From Meiothermus sp. (lineage in GTDB: Bacteria; Deinococcota; Deinococci; Deinococcales; Thermaceae), in NCBI GenBank assembly GCA_033762915.1, contig JANRLD010000044.1:1-43462 (forward strand): DNA of 43,462 bases. The letters are read 5' to 3'. Under the pieces are notes generated by a model that was given only the letters and a program-made list of their open reading frames with translations, was not told the origin of the DNA and did no database searches. Positions 19,487 to 29,419 of this stretch are shown piece by piece; position 1 is the stretch's first letter, and each line of letters starts with the position of its first letter. A program made the position numbers and the translations under genes.

Positions 19487-19515
19487 CGAGGGTCGAGGGT
19501 CGAGGGTCGAGAGCT
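19487..19515. repeat. Heptamer tandem repeat (GAGGGTC)x3
   Basis: CGAGGGTCGAGGGTCGAGGGTCGAGAGCTAAAGG; shorter relative GAGGGTCGAGGGCTAAAGGG at ~25494. Confidence 0.55.
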
Positions 19516-19567
19516 AAAGGCCGGAAACGGAAGGCTCTAGACCCTCGGCACAGGACGCTTGAGCGCC

Positions 19568-20563
19568 TCATCGGTTCACCACCTTGCTCTTGGACTGATC
19601 TACCAGCACGCTCAGGATGATCACCAGGCCCACCGCGATGAACTGCCAGAAGGGCTGGACGTTGATGAACACCAAGCCGAACTGGATGACCGCGATGATT
19701 AGCGCGCCGATCACCGTGCCGACGATGGTGCCCGCACCGCCGAAGAGGCTGGCCCCGCCGATCACCACCGCCGCGATACTGCTCAGCAGAATAGGCTCGC
19801 CAGCCTGGGCCGATCCGGCGGTGAAGCGGGCAGTGTAGATGATGCCCGCGATGCCCGCCAGCACCGCGCTGAGGACGTAGAGCTGGAGGGTGTGGCGGTT
19901 GACGTTGATGCCGGCGCGAATAGCGGCTTGGCGGTTGCCCCCGATGGCGTAGGTGTACTGGCCGAACTTGGTCTGCGAGAGCAGGTAGTGCATAGCCAGC
20001 ACGATCACCAGGGTGATCAGCACCGGTATGGGGAAGATACCGAAGATGAACTGGTTGCCCACGGCGGAGTTGAAGGCATTGTTGGTGGGGACCGTCGCGC
20101 CGGCGGCCAGGAAGGAGGCCAGAAGGTAGCCGGTGCCCTGGGCCACCCCGTACATCCCCAGGGTGCCGATGAACGGTGGCACCCCCAGTCGGGCGATCAG
20201 GAGGCCGTTGATAAACCCCAGGATCGCCGCCGCGACAATCGCGGTGGCAGCACCCGCCAGAAAGGCCACCCAGGGGGCAGCGCTGGGCTCCAAGAGCCGC
20301 ATCATGATCGCGGCAGAGACTGCCGCCAGCCCCACCGCGAAGCCCACCGAGAGGTCAATGCCGCCGGCGATGATAACCAGGGTTTGGCCCAGGGCCATCA
20401 GCAGCGGCAGCACCATCGCCAAAAGGATGCTCTGGATGTTGTTGAGATTGAAAATGAACGAGTTGCCGTACTCGACCCGAGCAAAGATCTCGAAGAACAC
20501 CACCAGCAACAGCAAAAACAGCCACGACCAGAACGAGGCCAGTGAGACCAGAAGGCGATTCAT
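19568..20563 (-). CDS. Sugar ABC transporter permease (RbsC-like)
   Basis: GQTLVIIAGGIDLSVG, PPFIGTLG, YAIGGNRQAAIRAGI, IAAVVIGGASLFGG; AGGAGA RBS. Confidence 0.92.
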   Translation of the reverse strand: MNRLLVSLASFWSWLFLLLLVVFFEIFARVEYGNSFIFNLNNIQSILLAMVLPLLMALGQTLVIIAGGIDLSVGFAVGLAAVSAAIMMRLLEPSAAPWVAFLAGAATAIVAAAILGFINGLLIARLGVPPFIGTLGMYGVAQGTGYLLASFLAAGATVPTNNAFNSAVGNQFIFGIFPIPVLITLVIVLAMHYLLSQTKFGQYTYAIGGNRQAAIRAGINVNRHTLQLYVLSAVLAGIAGIIYTARFTAGSAQAGEPILLSSIAAVVIGGASLFGGAGTIVGTVIGALIIAVIQFGLVFINVQPFWQFIAVGLVIILSVLVDQSKSKVVNR

Positions 20564-20643
20564 CAAGGTGAAGTCTCCTTGGGAGAAGTGGTCAGTGGCC
20601 GGAGGTTGGTGATCCGAACGAAGGCTTTTGGCCATCGGCTGTG

Positions 20644-20682
20644 GGCTCTTGGCAGGCGGCCAAGCGCCGCCTGCCAAGAGCC
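20644..20682. promoter_or_regulatory. 16-bp perfect stem-loop after the binding-protein gene (probable mRNA stabiliser or partial terminator)
   Basis: GGCTCTTGGCAGGCGG-7 nt-CCGCCTGCCAAGAGCC between SBP and permease genes. Confidence 0.55.
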
Positions 20683-20729
20683 TGTGGGGTCTTCACCAAC
20701 CTCCGACGTCTGCTCACTTTCTTACCCGT

Positions 20730-21716
20730 TTACCTCGAGCTGTAGATGGCCGCCTGAGCCTCGGCGCTGCCCACGTTCTGGCGGTTGATCACCACGAAGC
20801 CGGTGCCCACCAGGGTGGGGATGCGCTGGCCGTTGAGGGCCTGCACCGCCAGCTCTACGCCGCGCTGGCCGATCTCGGCCGGCTTCTGGCAGATAGCGAT
20901 GTCCACGACGTTGTTGCGGATGTCCTGGATGATGCTCTCGGGGCAGTCGAAGGCCACCACCTGGATGCGCCCGGTGCGGCCGGCGGTGCGCACGCCGTTG
21001 GCGGCGCCCACCGCGCTGAAGAGGTTGGCGCCGAAGACGCCGGCGAGGTCGTTGTTGCGGGCCAGCACGGCGGCGAGCTGCGAGGCGGCGCGGTTGGCGT
21101 CGTTCTCGTTGTACTGGGTCTCGAGCACCTGGATGTTGGGGAAGGCCCGCATGCCCTCCTTGAAGCCCTGCTCGCGCTGGTCGGTGGTGGAGATGCCAGG
21201 GCGCACGTTGGAGACGTACACCTTGCCGCGCTGGTTGGGGATCTGGGCGGCCAGCGACCTTGCCGCGATGCGCCCGCCCTCCACGTTATCGGAGGCCACG
21301 TAGGACAGCGGGAAGTCGGCGTCACCGCTGCCGGTCTGGTACTTGCCCTGGTTGTTGCCAATGAACGTGTCCACGGTGATGATCTTGATGCCCGCGTCGT
21401 GCGCGCGCTTGAGGGGCGCGATGAGCTGCTGCACGTCGGTGGGGGCGATCAGAATGGCGTCCGGGCGGCGGGCAATGATGGCGTTGAGGACAGGGATCTG
21501 GGTGGTCGGGCTGAACTCGGGGCCGCCCTGGAAGATCAGGTCAACGTTGAGCCTCTTGGCGGCCTCCTCGGCCCCGCGCCGCATGGTGATGTAGAAGCCG
21601 TCGGTGGTTAGGCCGGGGATCAGCGCGATGGTGTAGCGCTTCTGCTGGGCTTGGCCGAACATAAACCCTGCTGCGGCCAGGCCGAGCAGTCCTGCGGTGA
21701 TGAGCCACTTTTTCAT
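20730..21716 (-). CDS. Sugar ABC transporter substrate-binding protein (RbsB-like)
   Basis: Signal peptide, PDAILIAPTD, VASDNVEGG, VVAFD, QKPAEIG; GAGGAGG RBS. Confidence 0.92.
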   Translation of the reverse strand: MKKWLITAGLLGLAAAGFMFGQAQQKRYTIALIPGLTTDGFYITMRRGAEEAAKRLNVDLIFQGGPEFSPTTQIPVLNAIIARRPDAILIAPTDVQQLIAPLKRAHDAGIKIITVDTFIGNNQGKYQTGSGDADFPLSYVASDNVEGGRIAARSLAAQIPNQRGKVYVSNVRPGISTTDQREQGFKEGMRAFPNIQVLETQYNENDANRAASQLAAVLARNNDLAGVFGANLFSAVGAANGVRTAGRTGRIQVVAFDCPESIIQDIRNNVVDIAICQKPAEIGQRGVELAVQALNGQRIPTLVGTGFVVINRQNVGSAEAQAAIYSSR

Positions 21717-21781
21717 GTGTCGCCTCCTCGAGAGTGTCTAGAGCCGTTAACCAACAACCGAAACAAGGGCGGGTCGGGGTG

Positions 21782-23020
21782 CTAGGTCATGTCCACCCTC
21801 CCTTCCCACGCGGGCAGCGCGATTTCACCGCGATAGATAGCGCCCAGAGCGTACTCCGCCGCCCCCGGCCCGACGGGCTGTGACTTGGCGTCGACCTCGA
21901 TGGTCAGGTGCTCACCCCACCCCAAGTAGGGGTAGGCGCGGGTGTTGAGGTGGTGGCGCAAGCTGGGAATCAGGAGGTCGGCATAGGCCGCCCCCGGCCC
22001 GCCCAGGACCAGCATCTGAGGGTCGAAGAGGTTGACCAGGTTGACGGCTGCCCAGCCCAGGGCCCGCCCGGCCTGCTCGAAGGACAGCTGGGCCAGGGCG
22101 TCGCCGCGATAGGCCTGTTCGGCGATCGCCCCCAGCGGCAGCTGTTTCTTGGTCAGGCGCAGGTATCGGGCCTCGATGGCGGTGGTCCCGGCGATGTTCT
22201 CGAGACACCCCCGGTTGCCGCAGGCGCACGGCTCGCCGTCGATCTCCATCGAGACGTGGCCCAGCTCCCCGGCGAAGCCGTGCTGGCCGCGGTAGATCTC
22301 CCGACCGATCACCACGCCCGCCCCGATGCCGCGGTGGAGCAGGATGTAGATAAAGTTCTCGGCCGAGGTGGAGGCCAAAAACTGTCGGGCGGCGGCGGCA
22401 CTGTCGTGCTCGAGGAAGGTGGGGATGCCCAGGTCGCGCCGGAAGCGCTCGACCAGGTGCATGTTATGCAGGTCGGGGAAGTGTGGCGGGGCCAGGATCT
22501 GCCCCTGGTCGAAGTTGATCGGGCCGGGGGCCGCGATCCCGATGGCTACCACCGGGACCGGTGCCTTCCCGACCAGTTGCCGGGTTATGTTGAGCAGGCG
22601 GCTGTAGACTTCATCGGGTCCCTGCCCCACCCCCGAGGGGGTCTGGAGGCTGCGCAGGGGCTGGCCCAACGGGTTGAACAGCCCCGCCTCGTAACTGTCG
22701 ATGGAGAGGTCGATGCCCAGGACCCCGAAGCGCTGGGGGTTAACGCGCAGGGGGGCCGGGTAGCGGCCGCGCTGGATGGGGGTGGGGCTGTCCTCCGTCA
22801 CCAGGCCCTGCTCGATTAAATCCCCCACCAAGTCGCCCAGGGCCGGCTTAGACAGGCCCAGGGCCCGCGCCAGCTCGGCCCGCCCACGCGGCATCACCCG
22901 CAGCAGTTCGATGGCCTTGGCCCGGTTGAACTTGCGCGCGTCGGCAGGGCGGTGCCCGTTCAAAGCGTCGGAGACGCCCACGGCCGGGGCGGGGTTATGG
23001 GCAAGCCGAACCGACTTCAT
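21782..23020 (-). CDS. ROK-family transcriptional repressor
   Basis: N-terminal HTH (RAELARALGLSKPAL), GIGAG, GELGHV, CACGNRGCLE. Confidence 0.92.
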   Translation of the reverse strand: MKSVRLAHNPAPAVGVSDALNGHRPADARKFNRAKAIELLRVMPRGRAELARALGLSKPALGDLVGDLIEQGLVTEDSPTPIQRGRYPAPLRVNPQRFGVLGIDLSIDSYEAGLFNPLGQPLRSLQTPSGVGQGPDEVYSRLLNITRQLVGKAPVPVVAIGIAAPGPINFDQGQILAPPHFPDLHNMHLVERFRRDLGIPTFLEHDSAAAARQFLASTSAENFIYILLHRGIGAGVVIGREIYRGQHGFAGELGHVSMEIDGEPCACGNRGCLENIAGTTAIEARYLRLTKKQLPLGAIAEQAYRGDALAQLSFEQAGRALGWAAVNLVNLFDPQMLVLGGPGAAYADLLIPSLRHHLNTRAYPYLGWGEHLTIEVDAKSQPVGPGAAEYALGAIYRGEIALPAWEGRVDMT

Positions 23021-23098
23021 AAATCAGAGCTCCATCCAAGCCAAGGGGCCGGGGTGTGCGGTCAACGCTTCACGAGCGCTGGGTTTGAGGTTATGTCT

Positions 23099-23128
23099 AT
23101 AATAAAGTAAGCTAACTAAACTCTGCAA
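23099..23128 (-). promoter_or_regulatory. Promoter of the repressor-ABC operon with overlapping ROK operator
   Basis: Minus strand TTGCAG-18 nt-TATTAT; operator ATAATAAAGTAAGCTAACTAA (23099-23119) matches the 23354 site at 15/21. Confidence 0.6.
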
Positions 23129-23333
23129 GGGGGGTACGGACGAAAGCGCTTAGGGGCCTACATATCCCCTCCTAGCCCGCAGCCATCTACCCCGGGACTT
23201 CGGACAGATAATCCTCCCCAGGACGGTTCTTTTGCTCGATTTTTTGCGCCAGCGAAGCCGGCTCGGTGGCAGCACGGCAGCACCGACCGGCCCGCGCACC
23301 GTTTCACGGGCTGAACAATCTTGGGGTTTTCTA

Positions 23334-23374
23334 TTGACGAAAAAGGCCTCTTCTTAGTAAGGTTGTCTAACTAA
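23334..23374 (+). promoter_or_regulatory. Promoter of alsK-lacD with overlapping palindromic ROK operator
   Basis: TTGACG-18 nt-TAAGGT; palindrome TTAGTAAG-GTTGT-CTAACTAA (23354-23374). Confidence 0.7.
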
Positions 23375-23459
23375 GTACACCCAGTTCAAGGCCTGAGCCC
23401 TGCCCGACCCGGAAGAGTCGGCGGGCCCGGCAGCCCGGGAGCGGAGGACACCTAGGCCT

Positions 23460-24362
23460 ATGGTTGTGGTTGCGGACATCGGCGGCACCAAGATCGGTTT
23501 GGGGCACCTCGAGCCCGACCGGCCACCGTCGGCCTCGAGTCCGCCCCCGCTAGAGAACTTCCCGACCGACCGGCTGCGCGTCGACGACCCGGTGGAGGCC
23601 ATGGCCGGGCTGCTGGAGGACTACGCCGCCCAGCGCGCCCTCTCCCCCGCCGCCGCTGTGCTGGGCGTGCCGGTCAGCCCCGACCGCGACATGGACATCG
23701 TGCTCTCCAGCCCCAACATCCCGCAGCTCGAGGGGGTCGCCTTCGCCACGAAACTGACCCAGCGCCTCGGATACCCGGTCTACCTCGAGCGTGACATCGC
23801 CCTGCTGCTGCTGGGCGAGTACCGGGCCGGGGCAGCACGGGGTTCCAAATCGACCCTGGGCGTCTTCTTCGGGACCGGCGTGGGGGCCGCGATGCTCTTC
23901 GGCGGACTGCCCTACCGGGGCCACTCGGTGGGCCTCGAGCTCGGCCACATCCCCATCCGGGGCGAGGGCAAGCGCTGCGTCTGCGGGAACCTGGACTGCC
24001 TCGAGGCCTACGCCTGTGGACACACCTTGGTGGAACTCTCGAGGCAGCACCAAACCCCCGTCGAAAGCCTGTTCGTCCGCAGGGCCGAGAGCCCAGCCCT
24101 CGACCGCGCGCTGTTCGAGTTCGTCCGCGACGAAGCTTACGCGGTCGCCACCGCCATCAACCTCTTCGACCCCGACACCGCCGTGATCGGCGGCGGCATC
24201 CCGCTGATGGCCGGCTACCCCAAAGAAGAGTTCGCCCGCACCGTCTTCGACCACCTGCGCCGCCCCTACCCCAGGGACTCGGTGGGGCTGCGCTGGGCTG
24301 AACTGGGCTCGAGCGCCGTGCTGCACGGGGCGCTGGCCGTGCTCGAAGGGCGGGAGCGCTGA
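23460..24362 (+). CDS. alsK: ROK-family sugar kinase, D-allose kinase-like
   Basis: DIGGTK, SSPNIP, ERDI (RD in place of usual ND), GTGVG, ELGHIP, CVCGNLDCLE, ATAINLFDPD..IGGG, LRRPYP resemble E. coli AlsK as recalled; no HTH. Confidence 0.78.
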   Translation: MVVVADIGGTKIGLGHLEPDRPPSASSPPPLENFPTDRLRVDDPVEAMAGLLEDYAAQRALSPAAAVLGVPVSPDRDMDIVLSSPNIPQLEGVAFATKLTQRLGYPVYLERDIALLLLGEYRAGAARGSKSTLGVFFGTGVGAAMLFGGLPYRGHSVGLELGHIPIRGEGKRCVCGNLDCLEAYACGHTLVELSRQHQTPVESLFVRRAESPALDRALFEFVRDEAYAVATAINLFDPDTAVIGGGIPLMAGYPKEEFARTVFDHLRRPYPRDSVGLRWAELGSSAVLHGALAVLEGRER

Positions 24363-24485
24363 GGAAGGCAGAAGAAGAGATACAAGAAGCGATACATTCC
24401 TCTGGGGTGGCAAAACCCCCCTCTGACCCCCATGCAAGTACAGACCGACCCGCCAGTTGCGCTACACTCGAGCGCGGAGACTCTT

Positions 24486-25490
24486 ATGGGACTGAGCAAA
24501 GGGAAGATCGAACGCATCCAGGCCTGTGCGGACCAGAACGGCGTGATCGCGGCGGCAGCGATGGATCAGCGGGGCAGCCTGCGCAAGGCCCTCGTCAAGG
24601 CCCGGGGCGCGGAGGTCAGCGACGCCGAGCTGACCGAGTTCAAGACGGCGGTGGTGAAGGTACTGACCCCACACGCCTCGGCCATCCTGATCGACACCGA
24701 GTACGGCCTGCCTGCCCTCTCGGCCAAGGCCCCCGGCACCGGGGTGCTGTTGGCCTATGAGAAGTCGGGCTACGACACCAACTCTGCCGGAAGGCTGCCC
24801 GACCTGCTGCCCGACCTCTCGGCGCGGCGCATCCTCGAGGCGGGCGGCGACGCGGTGAAGATCCTGCTCTACTACAACCCCGAAGACGACCCAGCCATCA
24901 ACCGGATCAAGCATGCCTTCATCGAGCGCGTCGGGGCGGAGTGCGCGGCACTGGAGGTGCCCTTCTTCCTCGAGCCCATCGCCTACGACGACCGGCTGGG
25001 CGAGGGCCTCGAGCTGGCCCGGGCCAAGCCGCGCTACGTGGCGAAGTACATGGAGGAGTTCTCCAAGGAGCGCTACGGGGTGGACGTGCTCAAGGTCGAG
25101 TTGCCCTTCAACATCGCCTTCACCGAGGGCACCCTGGGCTTCAAGGGCGAGGCCGCCTATAGCCGAGCCGAGGCCATCGGGTTCCTAAAATCCACCGCGC
25201 TGGCCGCCGGCAAGCCCTTCATCTATCTCTCGGCCGGCGTCTCGGACGCGGTGTTCCGCGAGTCGCTGGAGATGGCGGCCGAGGCCGGGGTGCCCTTCAG
25301 CGGCGTGCTGTGCGGGCGGGCCACCTGGCAGGAGGGAATCCCGGTGTACGCCAAACAGGGGCGTGCGGCCCTCGAGGACTGGCTATCGGGCCAGGGCGTG
25401 CGCAACATCGAGATGCTCAACGCCGTGCTGGCCAAGGGAGCCAAGCCCTGGTGGACCCACTACGGCAGCCTCGAGGCGACAGGGGCATAG
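24486..25490 (+). CDS. lacD: Tagatose-1,6-bisphosphate aldolase (class I)
   Basis: AAAAMDQRGSL, ASAILIDTEYG, LLAYEKSGYD, PFFLEP, VDVLKVE, PFIYLSAGVS, GVLCGRATW. Confidence 0.9.
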   Translation: MGLSKGKIERIQACADQNGVIAAAAMDQRGSLRKALVKARGAEVSDAELTEFKTAVVKVLTPHASAILIDTEYGLPALSAKAPGTGVLLAYEKSGYDTNSAGRLPDLLPDLSARRILEAGGDAVKILLYYNPEDDPAINRIKHAFIERVGAECAALEVPFFLEPIAYDDRLGEGLELARAKPRYVAKYMEEFSKERYGVDVLKVELPFNIAFTEGTLGFKGEAAYSRAEAIGFLKSTALAAGKPFIYLSAGVSDAVFRESLEMAAEAGVPFSGVLCGRATWQEGIPVYAKQGRAALEDWLSGQGVRNIEMLNAVLAKGAKPWWTHYGSLEATGA

Positions 25491-25624
25491 GTTGAGGGTC
25501 GAGGGCTAAAGGGCGGTGCGCAACGGGCGGCGAGTTGCTTTTGGCGCTTCTTCAGGCGGCCTCAGGGCGGTTCGCAAGGGGCAACTCAATGGAAAGTCCG
25601 AGCCGCGCAGGCGGCGGGCTCGAT

Positions 25625-26551
25625 TCACTCGAGAAGCCTGACCTCGACCCGCCCCAGCACTTCCCCGGTCTCCTGGGGGCTGGGGAACTCAGTGTGGCGG
25701 ACCAGGGCTCGAGCCGTGCCCCAGGCCACACCCTGCCGGGCTACCTCGAGCGTGGGCAGCCCATGGATCAGACCCGCGACGGTGCCCGCCATCAGGGCGT
25801 CACCGCAGCCCATGGTTTGGTAGACCTGAATCTCGGGCGCGGCGGCCCGAACAACTTCGTCCCCAAGGAGGTATAGCGCACCTTCACCGCCCAGCGAAAC
25901 GGCCACGTGCTCGGCCCCCACCTGCTGGATGGCCCTGGCTGCCGAAACGAGTTGGTCGAGGCTCGAGAGTTCCCGGCCCATCAGCCCCTCGAGTTCTTTG
26001 CGGTTGGGCTTGACCAGAAAGGGCTTGGCCGCAATTGCCTGCCGCAGTTGCTCGCCCTCGGCGTCCACGCAGACCAAGGCCCCCCGCGCCTTCAGACGTG
26101 TGGCGAGCAGCGCGTAGGTGTCGTGGCCCAGACCGGGAGGCAGGCTCCCCGACAGCACCGCCCAGTCGCCCGGCCGGACGGGCTCGAGCAGCACCGCCTG
26201 TACCTCGGCCCACTCCTCGGCACTCAGGCGGGGACCGGGGGCGTTGAACTCGCTCACCGCACCGCTCTGGACGTCGGTGACTTTGACGTTGCAGCGGGTC
26301 TGGCCCGCGATGGGGATCACGCTGGCGGCAAACCCGGTGAGCGACTCGGCGATGATGCGGCCGAAGTGCCCACCCAAGGGCAGCACCGCCCGCACCAGGT
26401 GGCCCTGGGCGTGCAAGGCCCTGGCCACGTTGAGCCCCTTGCCGCTGGGCTCGAGCAGCACCGACTCGGCGCGATTGAGCTCCCCCAGGCGCGGGCTGAG
26501 GTAGCGCATCCGCATGTCGAGGGAGGGGTTGAGGGTGAGGGTGTGGATCAT
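25625..26551 (-). CDS. 1-phosphofructokinase/LacC-family hexose-phosphate kinase
   Basis: TLTLNPSLD, GKGLNVA, LSGSLPPG, VKPNRKE, VSLGGEGA, GCGDALMAG. Confidence 0.9.
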   Translation of the reverse strand: MIHTLTLNPSLDMRMRYLSPRLGELNRAESVLLEPSGKGLNVARALHAQGHLVRAVLPLGGHFGRIIAESLTGFAASVIPIAGQTRCNVKVTDVQSGAVSEFNAPGPRLSAEEWAEVQAVLLEPVRPGDWAVLSGSLPPGLGHDTYALLATRLKARGALVCVDAEGEQLRQAIAAKPFLVKPNRKELEGLMGRELSSLDQLVSAARAIQQVGAEHVAVSLGGEGALYLLGDEVVRAAAPEIQVYQTMGCGDALMAGTVAGLIHGLPTLEVARQGVAWGTARALVRHTEFPSPQETGEVLGRVEVRLLE

Positions 26552-26618
26552 ATGTAGGGATAGAACCAGAGGCGAAGGCGGCGAGGGGCACAAAAGACCG
26601 AAACTCCCAGCCAAACAC

Positions 26619-28049
26619 TTACTTGCCGATTGCGCCCTCGAGTGCCCCCTGGTACGACTCGAGCAACTCCCCCACATCCCGTTCTGGATTGAAACGCTTC
26701 TGGGGCCGGGGCCGGAACTCGCTCACCAGGCCCAGGTGGTGGCCGGCCAACCAGGCCGCGCCCCAGGCAGCGGCGTGGGGGGAGGCGTAGGTCTCGAGGG
26801 GCGCGCCCAGGAAGTCGGCCTTGGTCTGCATCCACAGGTCGTTGCGGGTGCCGCCCCCCACGGCGCGGATGGGCGGGGCGAAGGAGCCGATGGCCTGGGC
26901 AATGTGCCGGCCCAACTGCCAACACTCAAAGGACAGGCCCTCGAGCACCGAGCGCGCCAGGTGGCCCAGCCCGTGACCCTCGCGCAGACCGACAAAGCGG
27001 CCGCCCTCGAGCTGGGGCCGGCCGGGGTTGTCGTAGAGCGGGCGCAGGTGGGGCAAGAAGCGTAGGCCATCGCAGCCGGAGGGGGCGGCCTGGGCGGCCT
27101 CGAGCAGCCGTTCCTGCGGGTGGCCGCTGGCCCGAACCCACCAGTCCCAGACTAGGCCCGAGGCCCGCAGGCTGGCCATAGCGTAGAACTTCCCGCCCAG
27201 GGCGTAGGCCCCGACCGCCACATTCTCGGCCCGCAAGGCTTGCTCGAGGCCGGCCTCCCCGAACACCGCGAACAGCACTTCCGCCGTTCCGCAGGAGTTA
27301 ACCAGCGTCCCGGCGCTCTGCGCCCCCACCCCCGCCGCCGCCAGCGGCTGGTCGTGGCCGGTTTCCATGACCCGCACGCCGGCGGGCAACCCGGTCTGCG
27401 CGGCGGCCTCGCCGGAAACCAGCCCGATATGCTCGCCCGGAAGCCGGAGCTCGGGCAGAACGCCGCCCAGGCCGAGTTCTTCCAGCACGTCGTCCGCCCA
27501 GCACTGGCGGCGCAAGTCCAGGGCCAGGGTGCGGTTGGCCTGGGTCAGCCCGATGCGCCGCTGGCCGGTCAGCTTGAAGGCAATCCAGTCGGCCACCGAC
27601 AGCCAGTGGGCCGAGAGGGCGGCCTCGGGGTACGCTTTTTTCAGCCAAAGCAGCTTGCACAGCCCGTAGTTGGCGTCGGGCAGCAGGCCGGTGCGGCCAC
27701 GCCACTGCGGGGCGGGCATGGCCTCGAGCAGCCGCCAAAACTCGGCCTTGGGGCGCGGGTCGAACCAGGCCAGCACCGGCACAGTGGGCCTCCCTGCGCC
27801 ATCCACCAGGACCCCCGCCTCGCCGAAACTGCTCACCCCAACGGCCTCGACCCGGCGCAGCTCCGGGCCGATCTCGCGCAACAGCCCGGCCACCGTCGCC
27901 CACAGCGCCTCGGCATCGTGGTGAGCGGCCTCACTGTTGTCCCACACGACCGGGGTGGGGGCCTCCTTCATCGCCCGCACCGCCCCCGAGGCGTCAAAGA
28001 CCCCCACCTTGGTGGCGGTGGTACCCACGTCAATTCCCAGAAGGCTCAT
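26619..28049 (-). CDS. FGGY-family carbohydrate kinase
   Basis: LGIDVGTT, WFDPR, KLLWLK, GHDQ, GTAE, FLPHL, RSVLEG, GGGTRNDLWMQTKAD. Confidence 0.9.
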   Translation of the reverse strand: MSLLGIDVGTTATKVGVFDASGAVRAMKEAPTPVVWDNSEAAHHDAEALWATVAGLLREIGPELRRVEAVGVSSFGEAGVLVDGAGRPTVPVLAWFDPRPKAEFWRLLEAMPAPQWRGRTGLLPDANYGLCKLLWLKKAYPEAALSAHWLSVADWIAFKLTGQRRIGLTQANRTLALDLRRQCWADDVLEELGLGGVLPELRLPGEHIGLVSGEAAAQTGLPAGVRVMETGHDQPLAAAGVGAQSAGTLVNSCGTAEVLFAVFGEAGLEQALRAENVAVGAYALGGKFYAMASLRASGLVWDWWVRASGHPQERLLEAAQAAPSGCDGLRFLPHLRPLYDNPGRPQLEGGRFVGLREGHGLGHLARSVLEGLSFECWQLGRHIAQAIGSFAPPIRAVGGGTRNDLWMQTKADFLGAPLETYASPHAAAWGAAWLAGHHLGLVSEFRPRPQKRFNPERDVGELLESYQGALEGAIGK

Positions 28050-28174
28050 GGCTCGAGGTCAATCATAACGGGCAGGCTCGAGGACTGTGAGATGTACAAT
28101 CTCCCGGTATCTCTGAAAAAAACTAGATCATCCTCCGCCCTCAGCTTCAGGCCGGCTCGAGGGGGTAGTTCGGC

Positions 28175-29350
28175 TTACCGCCGCGGGGTTCCGTCCTCCT
28201 GGCCCTCCTCGCCCAGCAGGGCCGAGACTGAGCGCTTGTCCTGGGCCACCTGGCTTGGCCAGCGGCTCTCGAGGTAGTCCAGCTTGCGCCCGCGCAGCAG
28301 CCAGGCGGCGATCAGGGTGGTCAGGGGCACCGCCAGCACCAGGGCCAGCGAGCCAATCAGCATGGCCACGATCTCGGCGGCGAAGGTCTCGTTGTTGAGG
28401 AGCTGCCACAGCGGCACGTCGCTCTTGTGGATCAGCAGCAGCAGCGGCAGCGTCCCCGCGGCGTAGGCCAGAATCAGGGTATTCACCAGGCTGCCGATGT
28501 GGTCGAAGCCCACGGTCATGCCACGCTGATACAGCTCGCGGATGGTGTAGCGGGGGTTGGCCTGTACCAGCGCCTGCACCACCGAGGCCTGGGTCACGGT
28601 CACGTCGTTGAGCGCCCCCAAGGCCCCCACCACCACCCCCGCCAGGTAGAGGGCCACCAGGTCAAGGTTGCCCCCGAGCTGGTAGCGGGCCAAAAAGACC
28701 TCCTCTGAGGTCAGACCGGTGAACTGCATCCACCCGGTAAACTCCACCGAGCCCACCAGCGCCACCAGCGCCGCGATGGTGGTCCCCAGCAGCGCCGCCG
28801 AGGTCTTGCGGTTGACGCCGTGGACGAAGTAAATCGAGAGGGCCAGGATGGCAAAGGCCCCCACGAAGGTGATCAACAGCGGGTTGTTCCCTGCTGAGAT
28901 CTGCGGCACGATGAACCAGCCCACCATCCCGATGCTGGCGGCGGTTCCAATCAGACCGCGCAGGCCCTTGCCCCGACCCAGCACCACCGTCACCAGCACG
29001 AACAGTCCCAGCAAGCCCCACAGGTAGTTGATGCGGTAGGGCTCGGTGACGAACAGCCGCCCGTCCACCGCGTAGACCACCACCCGCTGGCCGCTACGGA
29101 AGTCGCTCTCCACGTCGCTGGGGAGTTCGGCCTCGAGGCGCTCCCCGTTCATCTCGACGATGGCGGTCTTCTCGCCGATGGACACGAGACGCCCCACCGT
29201 GTAGCTGCCGGGTTCGGTGTTGGGGGCGTTGGGGTCGAAGGACTCCTGGCTCTGGCCCTGGTTCTGGGTGGAAGGGCCGGGGTCTTGCGGGGCTTGGGCC
29301 TGCCCCCAGGCCAGCGTGAACACGACGAACAAGAGGAGCCACAGTCGCAT
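28175..29350 (-). CDS. YibE/F family membrane protein
   Basis: GKGLRGL, GALGALNDVTVTQAS, HIGSLVNTLILAYAAGTLPLL, LAVPLTT. Confidence 0.88.
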   Translation of the reverse strand: MRLWLLLFVVFTLAWGQAQAPQDPGPSTQNQGQSQESFDPNAPNTEPGSYTVGRLVSIGEKTAIVEMNGERLEAELPSDVESDFRSGQRVVVYAVDGRLFVTEPYRINYLWGLLGLFVLVTVVLGRGKGLRGLIGTAASIGMVGWFIVPQISAGNNPLLITFVGAFAILALSIYFVHGVNRKTSAALLGTTIAALVALVGSVEFTGWMQFTGLTSEEVFLARYQLGGNLDLVALYLAGVVVGALGALNDVTVTQASVVQALVQANPRYTIRELYQRGMTVGFDHIGSLVNTLILAYAAGTLPLLLLIHKSDVPLWQLLNNETFAAEIVAMLIGSLALVLAVPLTTLIAAWLLRGRKLDYLESRWPSQVAQDKRSVSALLGEEGQEDGTPRR

Positions 29351-29383
29351 GGCCCTACTCTATTTTGATTTGCATGAGAGGCG

Positions 29384-29419
29384 AAAAAGAAACCCCTCGA
29401 GTGCTGAGGACTCGAGGGG
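29384..29419 (-). terminator. Rho-independent terminator just upstream of YibE/F
   Basis: CCCCTCGAGT-7 nt-ACTCGAGGGG stem followed on minus strand by TTTCTTTTT. Confidence 0.7.
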
